A DNA stretch of 64,000 bases from Obrimoposthia wandeli. Its lineage: Eukaryota. Position 1 is the stretch's first letter. Each line of letters starts with the position of its first letter. The translations under genes and the position numbers were made by a program. This document shows positions 48,458-58,527 of this stretch, piece after piece. The notes beneath the pieces were generated by a model that was not told where the DNA came from, ran no database searches, and worked only from the letters and a program-made list of their open reading frames with translations. The stretch lies in the NCBI GenBank assembly GCA_977020255.1, contig CDROCS010005043.1, positions 1 to 64,000 of the forward strand, given 5' to 3'.

Positions 48458-49933
48458 TTAAAAAAAGTGAGTCATTTTAGAGCTATAACACGTCACACCT
48501 TTACGTAATAAGTTGTTTTTTGGACGTTTAGCACGACAAAATATAACTTCGAGCACTTTATTTTGCCAACTTTGAGATTCCAATCTACGTGTTAAAGGTC
48601 CTTGTGACATTATATATTCGGATAAAAAGATCACCACGACCTCTTTAGTTGCCTGCACACCAATGACCTTTGCATTAATATCTAGAATATTCAGCTCAAA
48701 ATCGCTATTTTCAACCATTAACGGTGTTTCGGCCGCTTCCCATAACCCGGTTCGCTCTCCACAATAAAAGGCTATATTCAATGCACGTAATGACCAAAAG
48801 CTACTTGCTGGACCACTATAGTTATCAATCAGCCGCGTATCATCAGCAAATAACCCTTGAGTTGGTGCACCATGTCTCATTGCACCTTGGCTGATAAAGT
48901 ATTTTAGATTGGTCGCAAAGGCACGTTTCGCTTCACCAATACGTATATCACCAGCATGACAATCCACAGCTGCTAATAGCGGTGCAGCTGCAGCTAATCG
49001 ATAACACGCGCTACGTCCAAATAGCGGTAAGCCATCCGGTGTAAAGAAATAACGATAACTATTACTAAACTCAGCCAGAACACCACAGATAAAGCCGGCA
49101 TCATAATCTGGATTGATTTGCTGTAACCAATACAAAGAATAATGAAAGCCCCAGGCATTATAAAAATCATAATTACCTTTAGCACCATCGCGAAACCACC
49201 CACTTCCGACATGAAATTCTTTCACTCGTTCATATTTATCATAAGAGATTATGTCTTCACCAGTCAGCGCTAAGATCACAAATTCAACCGTTAATGAAAA
49301 TAAATGCCAGTTATTATCAACAGTCTGGACACAGCTCGCTTGCTTAAACCAACAGATCACTTGATTCTGCTCTGTGGCTGAAAATACATCCCAGGTAGTC
49401 GTTTTACTTAACCACAGTGCGAGAGCCAGATCTGCACTTTCACAGATACGCTGATCGTAGTCGGTTAACGCGCCCCAGTAACCCTGGTGAGTGGGATCAG
49501 TTCCAGCCAACAATGCTTTCCGTAGAATATCCGCGACATCTATGTCTTTATGATTTAATCCTTGCATGCAGGTCATATCGACAGGCCGATTATGTAACCA
49601 AGCTGCTAATGTGGGTAATACTCGGCTAACCCCTTCCATCGCATCAATCCTTGCAGATTGTTGGCTAGGTCGGCCAGGATAATAGGCATGGCTATAATCC
49701 CAAACAGCATAATGCTCAAATGCTTCCGTAACATAACGCACGAGCTGATCACATAGATACGCTAAACCAACCTGCTCATTCGAAAATATGGCTTGTAAGG
49801 TATCGTCATGTTTATCATAAGGTGTGCGTTTAAATACTTGGCGTTGAAGATTGTGTTTTATATTGTGCCAATGCATTTTTAAATTGGGGTGTTCGTAAGG
49901 AATAGTTGGACGGGGTTTACCTGTAATGTTCAC
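48458..49933 (-). CDS. DUF2264-family protein (GH154-like), cytoplasmic
   Basis: D..EGVSR...LAAW, GTDP.H.GYWG, DQRICESA..AL.LW, NNW.LF, GW..DG...D.YN.WG.H, FGRS..YR.A; no signal peptide. Confidence 0.8.
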   Translation of the reverse strand: MNITGKPRPTIPYEHPNLKMHWHNIKHNLQRQVFKRTPYDKHDDTLQAIFSNEQVGLAYLCDQLVRYVTEAFEHYAVWDYSHAYYPGRPSQQSARIDAMEGVSRVLPTLAAWLHNRPVDMTCMQGLNHKDIDVADILRKALLAGTDPTHQGYWGALTDYDQRICESADLALALWLSKTTTWDVFSATEQNQVICWFKQASCVQTVDNNWHLFSLTVEFVILALTGEDIISYDKYERVKEFHVGSGWFRDGAKGNYDFYNAWGFHYSLYWLQQINPDYDAGFICGVLAEFSNSYRYFFTPDGLPLFGRSACYRLAAAAPLLAAVDCHAGDIRIGEAKRAFATNLKYFISQGAMRHGAPTQGLFADDTRLIDNYSGPASSFWSLRALNIAFYCGERTGLWEAAETPLMVENSDFELNILDINAKVIGVQATKEVVVIFLSEYIMSQGPLTRRLESQSWQNKVLEVIFCRAKRPKNNLLRKGVTCYSSKMTHFF

Positions 49934-49973
49934 GGTTATACACCTATTAATAATGAATGGATAACATGCATAT

Positions 49974-50003
49974 AATAAAAGGGCACAGTGTTTACCGTGT
50001 CCT
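49974..50003 (-). terminator. Probable terminator between the sulfatase and DUF2264
   Basis: Minus strand aaggacacgg-taaaca-ctgtgccctt plus ttttatt. Confidence 0.55.
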
Positions 50004-50040
50004 TAGTGCTATTATTATGGTCTACGGAATCAAATAAAAA

Positions 50041-51654
50041 TTATGGTTTTGCCGATTCAGTCAGTATTTGATACTGATCTTGTCCCCATATGACTGGTTT
50101 TGGCTTGGCCTTAATCCAGTCATAGAATGCCGTTTTCATTTCTTTTACTCGTTTAGGGTGTTGTGTGGCAAGGTTTTTAGACTCCATAGGGTCAAGCTTG
50201 TCATTAAATAGTTGTAATTCATTACGACCATCATCGACAAAATACAGCGCCCATTCTTGATCACGTATCGCCCAAGCACTTTTCGATAACCGTTCTAGGT
50301 TTGGATTGTTGGCTTTATCATTAGTTTCAAATGTGATCCACTGACGGTAATCTTTCCAAAACTGGACATTTTCATCACTGTAATGCTTGGCGTCTGGACC
50401 CGCCCAATATAAGTACTGATGGGGTGACAGTGTGGTTTCACCTGATAGTATCGGTAATATATCGCGCCCTTCTACTTGCAGCGATGCAGGGATCTTAATA
50501 TTTGCCGCCGTCAACGCGGTAGGGATAATATCCATTGCTGACACTAATGAGTCATTGTGACCACCAGCAGGGATCGCTTGTGGCCAATGCACAATAAGCG
50601 GCACCCTTACACCACCATTAAATAACCGACCTTTATGACCTCTATCCATGCCATTTTGTGGCATTGGTGATTCATGTACCGCACCATTATCTGACAAGAA
50701 GAACACCATCGTATTATCAAGTTCGCCACGTTGTTTAAGTAACGTCAAAATCTTACCAACCCCGTCATCGGCGGCATTAAGTGCAGCAAAATACTTATCG
50801 ACTTCGACATTACCGGTATTAAACTTATCCATGTATTTAGCAGGTGAATTCGTCTCCAACGGTATATGCGGCACACTGTAAGCTAAATTAATAAAGAAAG
50901 GTTTATCGCCACTCGCTTTAATCGCAGTAAGCGTTTCGTTCGTCAAATTATGGGTTAAATAACCCGTTGATGGCACATTGACGCCATTCCGCCAAATCGC
51001 AGGCGTATTCCATAATGCTGCGCCAGATGCATAATAGCTATAAGAGTAATCAAACCCACGCTCGTCCGGGGCATAACCCGGCGCGGCGACAACGATCTCA
51101 TTATCATGATAATCGCGACTACGTGACTCATTAGCAATTCTATTTTTACCGGCTTTCTTGGCATTATGCCACTTACCAACATTCGCAGTGTAATAACCAT
51201 TATCTTGGAATAATTCTGGTAATAAGGTGACATCTAATGGAATACCATCGAGTGAATCCGTGTTACTGTAAATACCAAAATTAGCTGGTGCACGTCCGGT
51301 AAAGATACCTGCACGTGAAGGCCCACATACCGGGTGAGCGACAAACGCATTGGTCATCTTAATGCCATCAGCAGCCATCTTAGTCGTGTTTGGCATTGCA
51401 CGTTTTGCAGCATCCATCAGCTTATCCATATCGCCATTATAGCGTTCTGAAATAATCCGCTGACCCAATAAATCTTTATCTATTGTATCTAAAGTAAAAT
51501 CAAATTGGCCAGTACCGAGATCATCCATCACAACAATCAGCACATTTGGCTGTAGTGGCTTATCGCTAGCCGCATTTGCCGTTATTGGGGCAACCGCACA
51601 AGCTGCGGCTATCGCACCTGCAAGTAACGTTTGTTTTGATAAAGACAGTTTCAT
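50041..51654 (-). CDS. Periplasmic S1 sulfatase, YdeN-like, Cys-type
   Basis: Sec signal (ANA); PNV...MDDLG.GQ, VAHPVCGPSRA (CxPxR), GKWH, TRDYHDN-like SRDYHDN, YS.PH.P, SDNG, and W...Y..FDEEN..FW-like segment as in E. coli YdeN. Confidence 0.92.
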   Translation of the reverse strand: MKLSLSKQTLLAGAIAAACAVAPITANAASDKPLQPNVLIVVMDDLGTGQFDFTLDTIDKDLLGQRIISERYNGDMDKLMDAAKRAMPNTTKMAADGIKMTNAFVAHPVCGPSRAGIFTGRAPANFGIYSNTDSLDGIPLDVTLLPELFQDNGYYTANVGKWHNAKKAGKNRIANESRSRDYHDNEIVVAAPGYAPDERGFDYSYSYYASGAALWNTPAIWRNGVNVPSTGYLTHNLTNETLTAIKASGDKPFFINLAYSVPHIPLETNSPAKYMDKFNTGNVEVDKYFAALNAADDGVGKILTLLKQRGELDNTMVFFLSDNGAVHESPMPQNGMDRGHKGRLFNGGVRVPLIVHWPQAIPAGGHNDSLVSAMDIIPTALTAANIKIPASLQVEGRDILPILSGETTLSPHQYLYWAGPDAKHYSDENVQFWKDYRQWITFETNDKANNPNLERLSKSAWAIRDQEWALYFVDDGRNELQLFNDKLDPMESKNLATQHPKRVKEMKTAFYDWIKAKPKPVIWGQDQYQILTESAKP

Positions 51655-51707
51655 CTGTCACTCCTTTCAGTTAAAAATTAGAATTATTCAGCCCGCAATC
51701 ATTAATC

Positions 51708-52952
51708 CTAACGTCCTTGCGCTTTCATTCGAGCAATCACTGGCATCACATTTTCTGCTAATCCGCCGCGCTGAATTTCTTGCGCCATTAAATGCATTGC
51801 AGGTGTCGTATGCCCAAAGATCTGCTTATAAGAGCCGCACAAATAGTTATGTTTATGCTTTTCATCTGTGATGGTCGTGATCCTATGTTTAGGACAGCCG
51901 CCATAACATAAAGCCTGAAAATCACATTGTTGGCAATGGCTCGTGAGTTTGGTATTTTTTGCCGCACCAAAACGTTGTTGCTGTTTACTGGTCGCCAATT
52001 TAGCCATGTTTGTTTGCTTAATATTACCGAGCTTATTGGCGGGATAAACATAATGATCACATGAATACACATCACCATTAGTTTCAATCACCAAGGCTTG
52101 GCCACATTCCTTGGCTTGTACACAAACTGAGGCGGGATAACCCATCCAAGTTGCTAACATGCTATCGAACATACGCACAAATATTTTACCAACGTCCGCT
52201 TTGATCCACTCATCAAATACATCAGTCATGAACTTGCCATAACCATGGCTTGGTACTGAAAAGTGCGTTAATTTTGCTTCTTTGATCGGGGTGTAGTAAC
52301 CACTTTCATTATTCTGATCGCTCGCGTCGACTTCAACAATGGGAATAAACTGAAAGTGCACAGAGCCTAATTCTTTGAGGATATGGTAGGTTTCTTTGCC
52401 TTTATCCCAGTTTTGATCATTAATCACAGTAAGGGTATTAAATTGTACTTTATATTCAATGAGCAGTTTTATTGCGCTTTTTACACGTTCAAAGGTTGGA
52501 TTACCATTTACTGATATTCTATATTTATCGTGAACTTCTGGCGCGCCATCGACAGAAACACCAATTAAGAAATCATTATCTGCGAAAAATTGTGCCCACT
52601 GGCGATTAATAGCCACGGCATTCGTTTGAAACCCATTGGTAATCGTCTTGCCACCTGCAAATTGTTTCTGATATTTTACCACGGATTTATAGAAATCAAG
52701 CCCTGCTAGCGTTGGTTCACCGCCTTGCCAGGCAAAATCGATGACGTCGCCCGCTTGAGAACGAATATACTCTCGAACATATATTTTTAACATAGCGTCA
52801 GACATTCTATCCGACTGCTTATGTGCTGATGCTGGAGTCATCATTTCTTCTTTTTCAAGGTAAAAACAGTAATCGCATTTTAAATTACAGCGATAACTCG
52901 CTGGCTTTGCCATCATATGAAAATGTGCTTGAGAATGTGTACTAGCAGCCAT
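51708..52952 (-). CDS. Anaerobic sulfatase-maturating radical-SAM enzyme (AslB/ChuR/YdeM family)
   Basis: MAKP...CNLKCDYCFY, WQGGEPTL, QTN, SVDG, SPASM Cys clusters (C..AKECG, YSCDHYV, C..C.....C.GGCPKHR). Confidence 0.95.
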   Translation of the reverse strand: MAASTHSQAHFHMMAKPASYRCNLKCDYCFYLEKEEMMTPASAHKQSDRMSDAMLKIYVREYIRSQAGDVIDFAWQGGEPTLAGLDFYKSVVKYQKQFAGGKTITNGFQTNAVAINRQWAQFFADNDFLIGVSVDGAPEVHDKYRISVNGNPTFERVKSAIKLLIEYKVQFNTLTVINDQNWDKGKETYHILKELGSVHFQFIPIVEVDASDQNNESGYYTPIKEAKLTHFSVPSHGYGKFMTDVFDEWIKADVGKIFVRMFDSMLATWMGYPASVCVQAKECGQALVIETNGDVYSCDHYVYPANKLGNIKQTNMAKLATSKQQQRFGAAKNTKLTSHCQQCDFQALCYGGCPKHRITTITDEKHKHNYLCGSYKQIFGHTTPAMHLMAQEIQRGGLAENVMPVIARMKAQGR

Positions 52953-53127
52953 GGCATACCTCTAGAGTAAATAAGAAAAAGAATAACGAAAGTAAATATA
53001 TTCCCAATCTAGATCAGACGCACTTAACTTCAAAAGAAAATATACGAGAGATCCGGATATGAAAGGAATCGTTTAAATAAAAATAACCATCAGCAAATAT
53101 AGGCTCAATACTGGTTATCTTTACATA

Positions 53128-54930
53128 CTAAGACAACTGAAATTCATTCATATGGGTATATATTTCGTCTTTACACTGACTTAATTGTAATGCGCTGCTT
53201 GCAAGTTGCTCGCCCGTTGTCGATGCTGTGCGCGTAACTGTAACGATAACTTGTAAACTACGATTAAAAGATTCTGAAGTCGCACTTTGCTCGACAGTCG
53301 CTTGTGATAAGCTAACCGTTTGTTCCTCAACATTCTTAATTAATCCAGCAACATGTGATATATGAGAGCCAATTTCTTCAACTTGATAACGTGAGGATGC
53401 CACCGATTCTTGGCTAACGCCCATTGCTTTTACAGCATGCTCTGCGCCGCTGCGTAATGACTCAATAATGCTGTGGATCTCTTGTGTTGACGCTTGTGTT
53501 CGCTGTGCTAACAACCGCACTTCATCCGCAACAACAGCAAACCCTCGACCTTGTTCGCCAGCTCGTGCGGCCTCGATAGCCGCATTTAATGACAACAAAT
53601 TTATTTGGTCAGAAATACCATTGATGACATCTAATACTGAACTGATATTTTCTGTTTCATCGGCTAAATTATTCACCACCGTTGAGGCATTGGCAATATT
53701 ACTGCTGAGTTGTTTAATATCTGTTATTGCGGTATCAGAGACTTCATTACAACTATCAATTAAGCTTTGGCTATCACGAACACTACCTGAAACCTCATTA
53801 ACACTCTGGCTAATCTCGGTCATCGTGGCTGACATCTGTGTCATCGCTGCCGCAAGTTGCTCCGACTCCGATAACTGCTGCTCGGTACCATGCTTATTAT
53901 CGATAGCGATATCTGTCATACCTGTTGTCATTTTCGTCAATACAATCAGGTTGTGGTTAATATCACTGACCATATGATGTAAAGCATGACTCATGTGATT
54001 AATTGCCGTGACCAAACTGGCCATTTCATCTTTACCTTCTGGTTTTAGCTGATGAAACAGTTCACCTTTGGCTAGTTGCTCAACCATTGTAATCGCCGCA
54101 GTAATTGGTTTAACAACAGAGCGGGTGATGACATAACCAATCAGACCACACGCTATAACAGCACAAATACTCACGATAAAACCGAGCATAAAGCTCAACT
54201 GTTTATCTTCAGCCATCTGCTTTTCAACATTGACGACCATCTTTTTTGCACTATCCCGTACCGCTAATGCAGCTTGTAACATTTCATTACGGGTAACGAT
54301 AGATTCCTCAAGTAAGCTAGTAATATTATCCAGCGATTGTTGGTAATTTGAATACTCTGACGCAGATATAAATTCACGTAAAGGCAATAGCGTTACTAAC
54401 CAGCGCTGAATCATCTCGGGTTGTAAGCTAGCTTGTACTTGTTCGCGAGCCCGCGCTAATTCCGTTAGTAGCAATTCTTGTTCAAGCGCCTGTTGTTCTT
54501 GCCGCCATTGTTTTTCCAATAACAATAATTGTTCCATGTTTTTTTGAATGTTCAGTACTTGTTGGTTAAACACATTAAAAAACTGACCATATTGTCGATT
54601 AGCCATTTCAAATTTATTGACCAAAGGTAGATTTAGTGAAGAATTAAAAACATGTTTAGTGGCAATGAAATTATCTAAATTCACTTTATGCCATTTATTA
54701 AAACGTTGGGCATACAGTGGATCACGGGTATTTAAATAATTATTTTCCAGTACCTGCAAGCCAAATACTTCACGAACACCAACATTAGCGGTATTTAACT
54801 TTATTATTCCTTCGTCAACAACAGCACGGCTTCGTAGTCCTTCAGCATACACACTTAAAAATAATAAAATGATGATCGCAAAGCCAAAGCCAATCCTTTT
54901 ACCAAAGCTATATTGGTTTAACTTAAACAT
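53128..54930 (-). CDS. Methyl-accepting chemotaxis protein with a helical periplasmic sensor
   Basis: Two TMs, [37 protein letters not shown]. Confidence 0.95.
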   Translation of the reverse strand: MFKLNQYSFGKRIGFGFAIIILLFLSVYAEGLRSRAVVDEGIIKLNTANVGVREVFGLQVLENNYLNTRDPLYAQRFNKWHKVNLDNFIATKHVFNSSLNLPLVNKFEMANRQYGQFFNVFNQQVLNIQKNMEQLLLLEKQWRQEQQALEQELLLTELARAREQVQASLQPEMIQRWLVTLLPLREFISASEYSNYQQSLDNITSLLEESIVTRNEMLQAALAVRDSAKKMVVNVEKQMAEDKQLSFMLGFIVSICAVIACGLIGYVITRSVVKPITAAITMVEQLAKGELFHQLKPEGKDEMASLVTAINHMSHALHHMVSDINHNLIVLTKMTTGMTDIAIDNKHGTEQQLSESEQLAAAMTQMSATMTEISQSVNEVSGSVRDSQSLIDSCNEVSDTAITDIKQLSSNIANASTVVNNLADETENISSVLDVINGISDQINLLSLNAAIEAARAGEQGRGFAVVADEVRLLAQRTQASTQEIHSIIESLRSGAEHAVKAMGVSQESVASSRYQVEEIGSHISHVAGLIKNVEEQTVSLSQATVEQSATSESFNRSLQVIVTVTRTASTTGEQLASSALQLSQCKDEIYTHMNEFQLS

Positions 54931-55044
54931 ATTTCACTCCTTATTTTAGGTGATTAACATACTGAAAAGACATCAATATAGCGGTGGATAATAAGCCACT
55001 TATTAACTAATTGTTGTGATCGCCATCAATAAAATAAACCAAAC

Positions 55045-55275
55045 GAAAGCATTCGAAGAACCACTTGATAAAATGAACACAAATAAATCAACTCAATTTT
55101 ATTTATTATTTTTATCCAAGATATCATTAACACAGCTTAACAACGCGATTTGTTAACGCTACGCTTATCACAAAATAAATATAAAAATAAAAAATGGCAT
55201 ATCCGAAAATAACTAATTAACTTACAATGAAAATAATCGAAACAAACATAACAATAAAAACCTTCATTAACTTTC
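55045..55275. promoter_or_regulatory. Paired AgaR-type boxes in the MCP/lyase divergent region, plus possible CRP site at 55015-55030
   Basis: GAAAG/GAAGA 55045/55055, GAAAA/GAAAC 55229/55239, CCTTC/CTTTC 55261/55271; TGTGA-N6-TCAAT at 55015. Confidence 0.5.
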
Positions 55276-55303
55276 ACTCAATGATTTTTATTTTTACTGC
55301 AAT

Positions 55304-58300
55304 ATGCCGGGAAAGTCTATGCCATCACTTAGTCGCCATACTAATCGCTTAATAAAAAAATCTCTTTTTTTATTAAGCGTTCTACTGCCAACGATTAGCC
55401 ATGCCAACAGTTTAACTGCAGATATTTTCAGTTTTGAAGCAAGCCAAAAACCAAGCTGGATATCTGGCGAACAAGTTGCTCTCTCAACAAAACGCGCCGT
55501 ACTCGGACAACAATCACTGTACTGGCAATGGCAACAACCAAGTGCAGAATTAGCCCTGAATAACCTTGGTATTCAACGCCTCAGCGATAAACAGGCCACA
55601 GATGCTTATGTGAGTAATGCAACGCAAGTCCTGTCTTTTTGGATTTATAATGAAAATGCTATCGATGCGTCTTTAACCGTGACGCTTCATGACGATACAC
55701 AAAGTAAAGTAACTAACTTTCCTGTACTGCTTAATTTCACCGGTTGGCGCGCGATTGGTGTCTCACTGAATCTTGATTTAGACAAAAGCTTTAAAGATAC
55801 TGCTGAACTATCACGTATCACATTCACATCCCCGACTAAAGTAGGGATGACAACAGGGGCACTGTATCTCGACCGTATTATGGTTTCTGTCGATGATTAC
55901 CGCTATCAATGGTCAGATTCTCAAGTCACGACACGCATAACTGAACCTGAAATTGATTTTGAATTACCTGCAGATCTACCTGAACCATCAGTATCAGAAC
56001 TGGAGGATGCCGAATTAATTAAACAAACGATTATTACTGAATTTAGCGGAGATCCTGGCTCAATAAGTACACTGGAAAGTCGATTTTCCAATTTCAACAT
56101 CAGTAAAGATAATAATGGCGTGATCCGTGGGCGCCATCTGTTAACAGCTAAACAGCAAATAATTTATCAACCCAATAATTTGACAGCCGCTGATAAAATT
56201 GATTTCAATGAATACGCTATACTCGATGACGGCGATAGCAAGGGAAATAAAGCTTCAGGTTACAGTAAGTTAATGTTAGATATCGCCAAGGCCTATCACA
56301 ACCCTAAGTACAGCGGTGATAAAGTACGTCTTAGTAGCATGTATCAGTTAATGACAGAACACCTACTCGATCAGGGTTTTGCGGATGGCAGTTCTTTGGT
56401 CACCACCCATCACTGGGGTTATGCAGGTCGTTGGTGGTATATATCGGCGCTCATGATGGAACAAACATTAACGGACAATCAGTTACTTGATCCGGTCTAC
56501 AAAGCATTATTATGGTTCTCACGAGAGTTCAAAGAGAGCTTTGATATGAAATTAACCACAACAAGTTCTAATCTCGATTACTTTAATACCTTATCTCGTC
56601 AACATTTAGCGCTACTGTTACTCAATCCTGATGACAAAGAACGTATTGCCCTATTGCATAAATTTAGTACTTTCTTTTCTGGTGCGTTAGCGCAAACGCC
56701 CCCTGGCACCAATGATGGTTTCCGCCCTGACGGTACCGCATTCCGTCACCACGGCAACTACCCAGGTTATGCTTTCCCGGCTTTCCAAAATGCCGGTCAT
56801 GTTATTTATATGCTACAAGATACCGAATTCAGTATTAATAAAGCCGGTATGGATAAACTAAAATTAGTGATGCAAGCCGGTTGGAACTACACCAATGCCG
56901 TCGTGCCACTAAGCATTGCGGGTCGCCATCCTTTCACAACATTAGGAGTGAAAAACTACGCAAATGCATTAAAGTGGGTTGCGAACAGTTATCCTCAGGT
57001 TGATGAAGAATTAGCGGCTGTTTATTTACAAGTCATGGGCATTAGCGAGCAAAACAGTGCTACTCATTTCGGCAAAACAATTAAACCGGCCGTATTACCA
57101 CAAGGCAGCTGGAGTTATAACGGCGGTGCATTTACCGTCCACCGTAGTGGCGAACGCATGGCAATGGTCAAAGGTTATAATAAAGATGTTTGGTCTGCAG
57201 AGATCTACACCAAGGATAATCGCTTTGGTCGCTATCAAAGTCACGGTAGCGTACAAGTGTTCCCTTACGGCAATCCCGTCGATTACGGCTTTAAACAAGA
57301 AGGCTGGGATTGGAATCGTAACCCAGGTACCACGACGATCCATCTGCCTCTATCACAATTAGAAAGTCCTAAAACGTCAACAGTAATGGTGCGTTCAGAA
57401 GAAGGCGTTAGTGGCGCAGTATCACTGCAAGATAAATACGGATTATTTACTTTTAAACATAAAGCGCCGAGTAACATCACCAATTTTGAATCCAGCTTTG
57501 TAGCCCATAAACAAGTGCTTACCAATGGCGATAAATTATACCTAACGGGTAACAACATCAGTAATACCGATGGTATCAACAGCACAGAGACAACCCTGTT
57601 CCAACTGGCGATTACCAGTAAATCACAAGGTCTGTTTATCAATAATGATAAACGCATAACGAATGATACATTCAGCACTGAAATAACATCAGGTGACTGG
57701 ATCATTGATGATAACGGAGTCGGCTATTACTTGATCAATGCACCCAAGGTTAATGTACAAAGAAAAATGCAAAGTTCTAAGCATAATAAAACTAAAGCAG
57801 ATACTTTAGGGCGATTCTCCTCCGCTTGGATAGATCACGGTACTGCACCAGATAAAACCAGTTATGAATATATTATGGTGATGCAAGCCACACCGCAACA
57901 AATGATAGCATTAGCGCAAGAAATGCAGAACGGACCACTATTTAAAGTCTTAACCGAAGACCTAGATAAGCAAGTAGTCTGGAGTAAAACCGATAATTTA
58001 TATGGCTATACAAGTTATATTGCGAGTACCTTTAACCAAGGACCAATAAAAAAGATTGAGACCACAGCTTTAGTATTAGCAAAAATAACCACAGATAAAC
58101 TTCATTTGAGTGTATCTGCACCAGAATTAAATCTCACGAACAATGGTAGTCCGGTGCAAGCAATACCAGTAATTTTCGAGATAAATGGTTTATGGCAAAC
58201 AGACGATACGACCTTCAGCCATACAGCTAACAGCACCATCATCACTGCTGAAAGTTTATTCGGTCAATCCGTTAATATCAGCTTACGGCCTGTTGACCCT

Positions 58301-58426
58301 GTTGACCCTGTTGACCCTGTTAAACCCGTTGACCCTGTAGATCAACCAAAAGACACAGGTGGTTCATTCAACTTCAGCTTGTTAGCTTTCCTTGGGCTGA
58401 TTATGGCCTTTAGAATTAAATTATAA
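55304..58426 (+). CDS. Chondroitin sulfate ABC lyase, cABC-I-like (PL8), with C-terminal GlyGly-CTERM sorting signal
   Basis: Sec signal; THHWGY, GFRPDGTAFRHHGNYPGY, AGRHPF, WSAEIY..DNRFGRYQSHG; ends in Pro-rich linker plus TGGSFNFSLLAFLGLIMAFRIKL. Confidence 0.93.
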   Translation: MPGKSMPSLSRHTNRLIKKSLFLLSVLLPTISHANSLTADIFSFEASQKPSWISGEQVALSTKRAVLGQQSLYWQWQQPSAELALNNLGIQRLSDKQATDAYVSNATQVLSFWIYNENAIDASLTVTLHDDTQSKVTNFPVLLNFTGWRAIGVSLNLDLDKSFKDTAELSRITFTSPTKVGMTTGALYLDRIMVSVDDYRYQWSDSQVTTRITEPEIDFELPADLPEPSVSELEDAELIKQTIITEFSGDPGSISTLESRFSNFNISKDNNGVIRGRHLLTAKQQIIYQPNNLTAADKIDFNEYAILDDGDSKGNKASGYSKLMLDIAKAYHNPKYSGDKVRLSSMYQLMTEHLLDQGFADGSSLVTTHHWGYAGRWWYISALMMEQTLTDNQLLDPVYKALLWFSREFKESFDMKLTTTSSNLDYFNTLSRQHLALLLLNPDDKERIALLHKFSTFFSGALAQTPPGTNDGFRPDGTAFRHHGNYPGYAFPAFQNAGHVIYMLQDTEFSINKAGMDKLKLVMQAGWNYTNAVVPLSIAGRHPFTTLGVKNYANALKWVANSYPQVDEELAAVYLQVMGISEQNSATHFGKTIKPAVLPQGSWSYNGGAFTVHRSGERMAMVKGYNKDVWSAEIYTKDNRFGRYQSHGSVQVFPYGNPVDYGFKQEGWDWNRNPGTTTIHLPLSQLESPKTSTVMVRSEEGVSGAVSLQDKYGLFTFKHKAPSNITNFESSFVAHKQVLTNGDKLYLTGNNISNTDGINSTETTLFQLAITSKSQGLFINNDKRITNDTFSTEITSGDWIIDDNGVGYYLINAPKVNVQRKMQSSKHNKTKADTLGRFSSAWIDHGTAPDKTSYEYIMVMQATPQQMIALAQEMQNGPLFKVLTEDLDKQVVWSKTDNLYGYTSYIASTFNQGPIKKIETTALVLAKITTDKLHLSVSAPELNLTNNGSPVQAIPVIFEINGLWQTDDTTFSHTANSTIITAESLFGQSVNISLRPVDPVDPVDPVKPVDPVDQPKDTGGSFNFSLLAFLGLIMAFRIKL
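58289..58342 (+). repeat. Six tandem 9-bp units encoding the PVD/PVK linker
   Basis: cctgttgac x3, cctgttaaa, cccgttgac, cctgtagat. Confidence 0.9.
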
Positions 58427-58527
58427 TCTAACCATATTTGGTAATAAGACATTCTGCTCTTATTACCAAATCATCAGATCATTACTTTTATAGTCTTTAT
58501 TTTGAGACCTTATTAAGGAAACTAGAA

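Noticed and set aside
51597-51611. AAAC in the YdeN-like signal peptide as a lipobox
   Set aside because: Non-canonical -3 residue, and a good signal peptidase I site (ANA) follows.
55017-55043. Possible sigma28 promoter for the second MCP (GGCGATCA on the minus strand)
   Set aside because: No matching -35 TAAA at the right spacing; fits a CRP half-site better.
58438-58527. N-terminal extensions in the ORF track (also at 10547, 19728, 22846, 42082, 42476, 60282)
   Set aside because: Downstream ATGs have better SD sequences and place signal peptides or family N-termini correctly.
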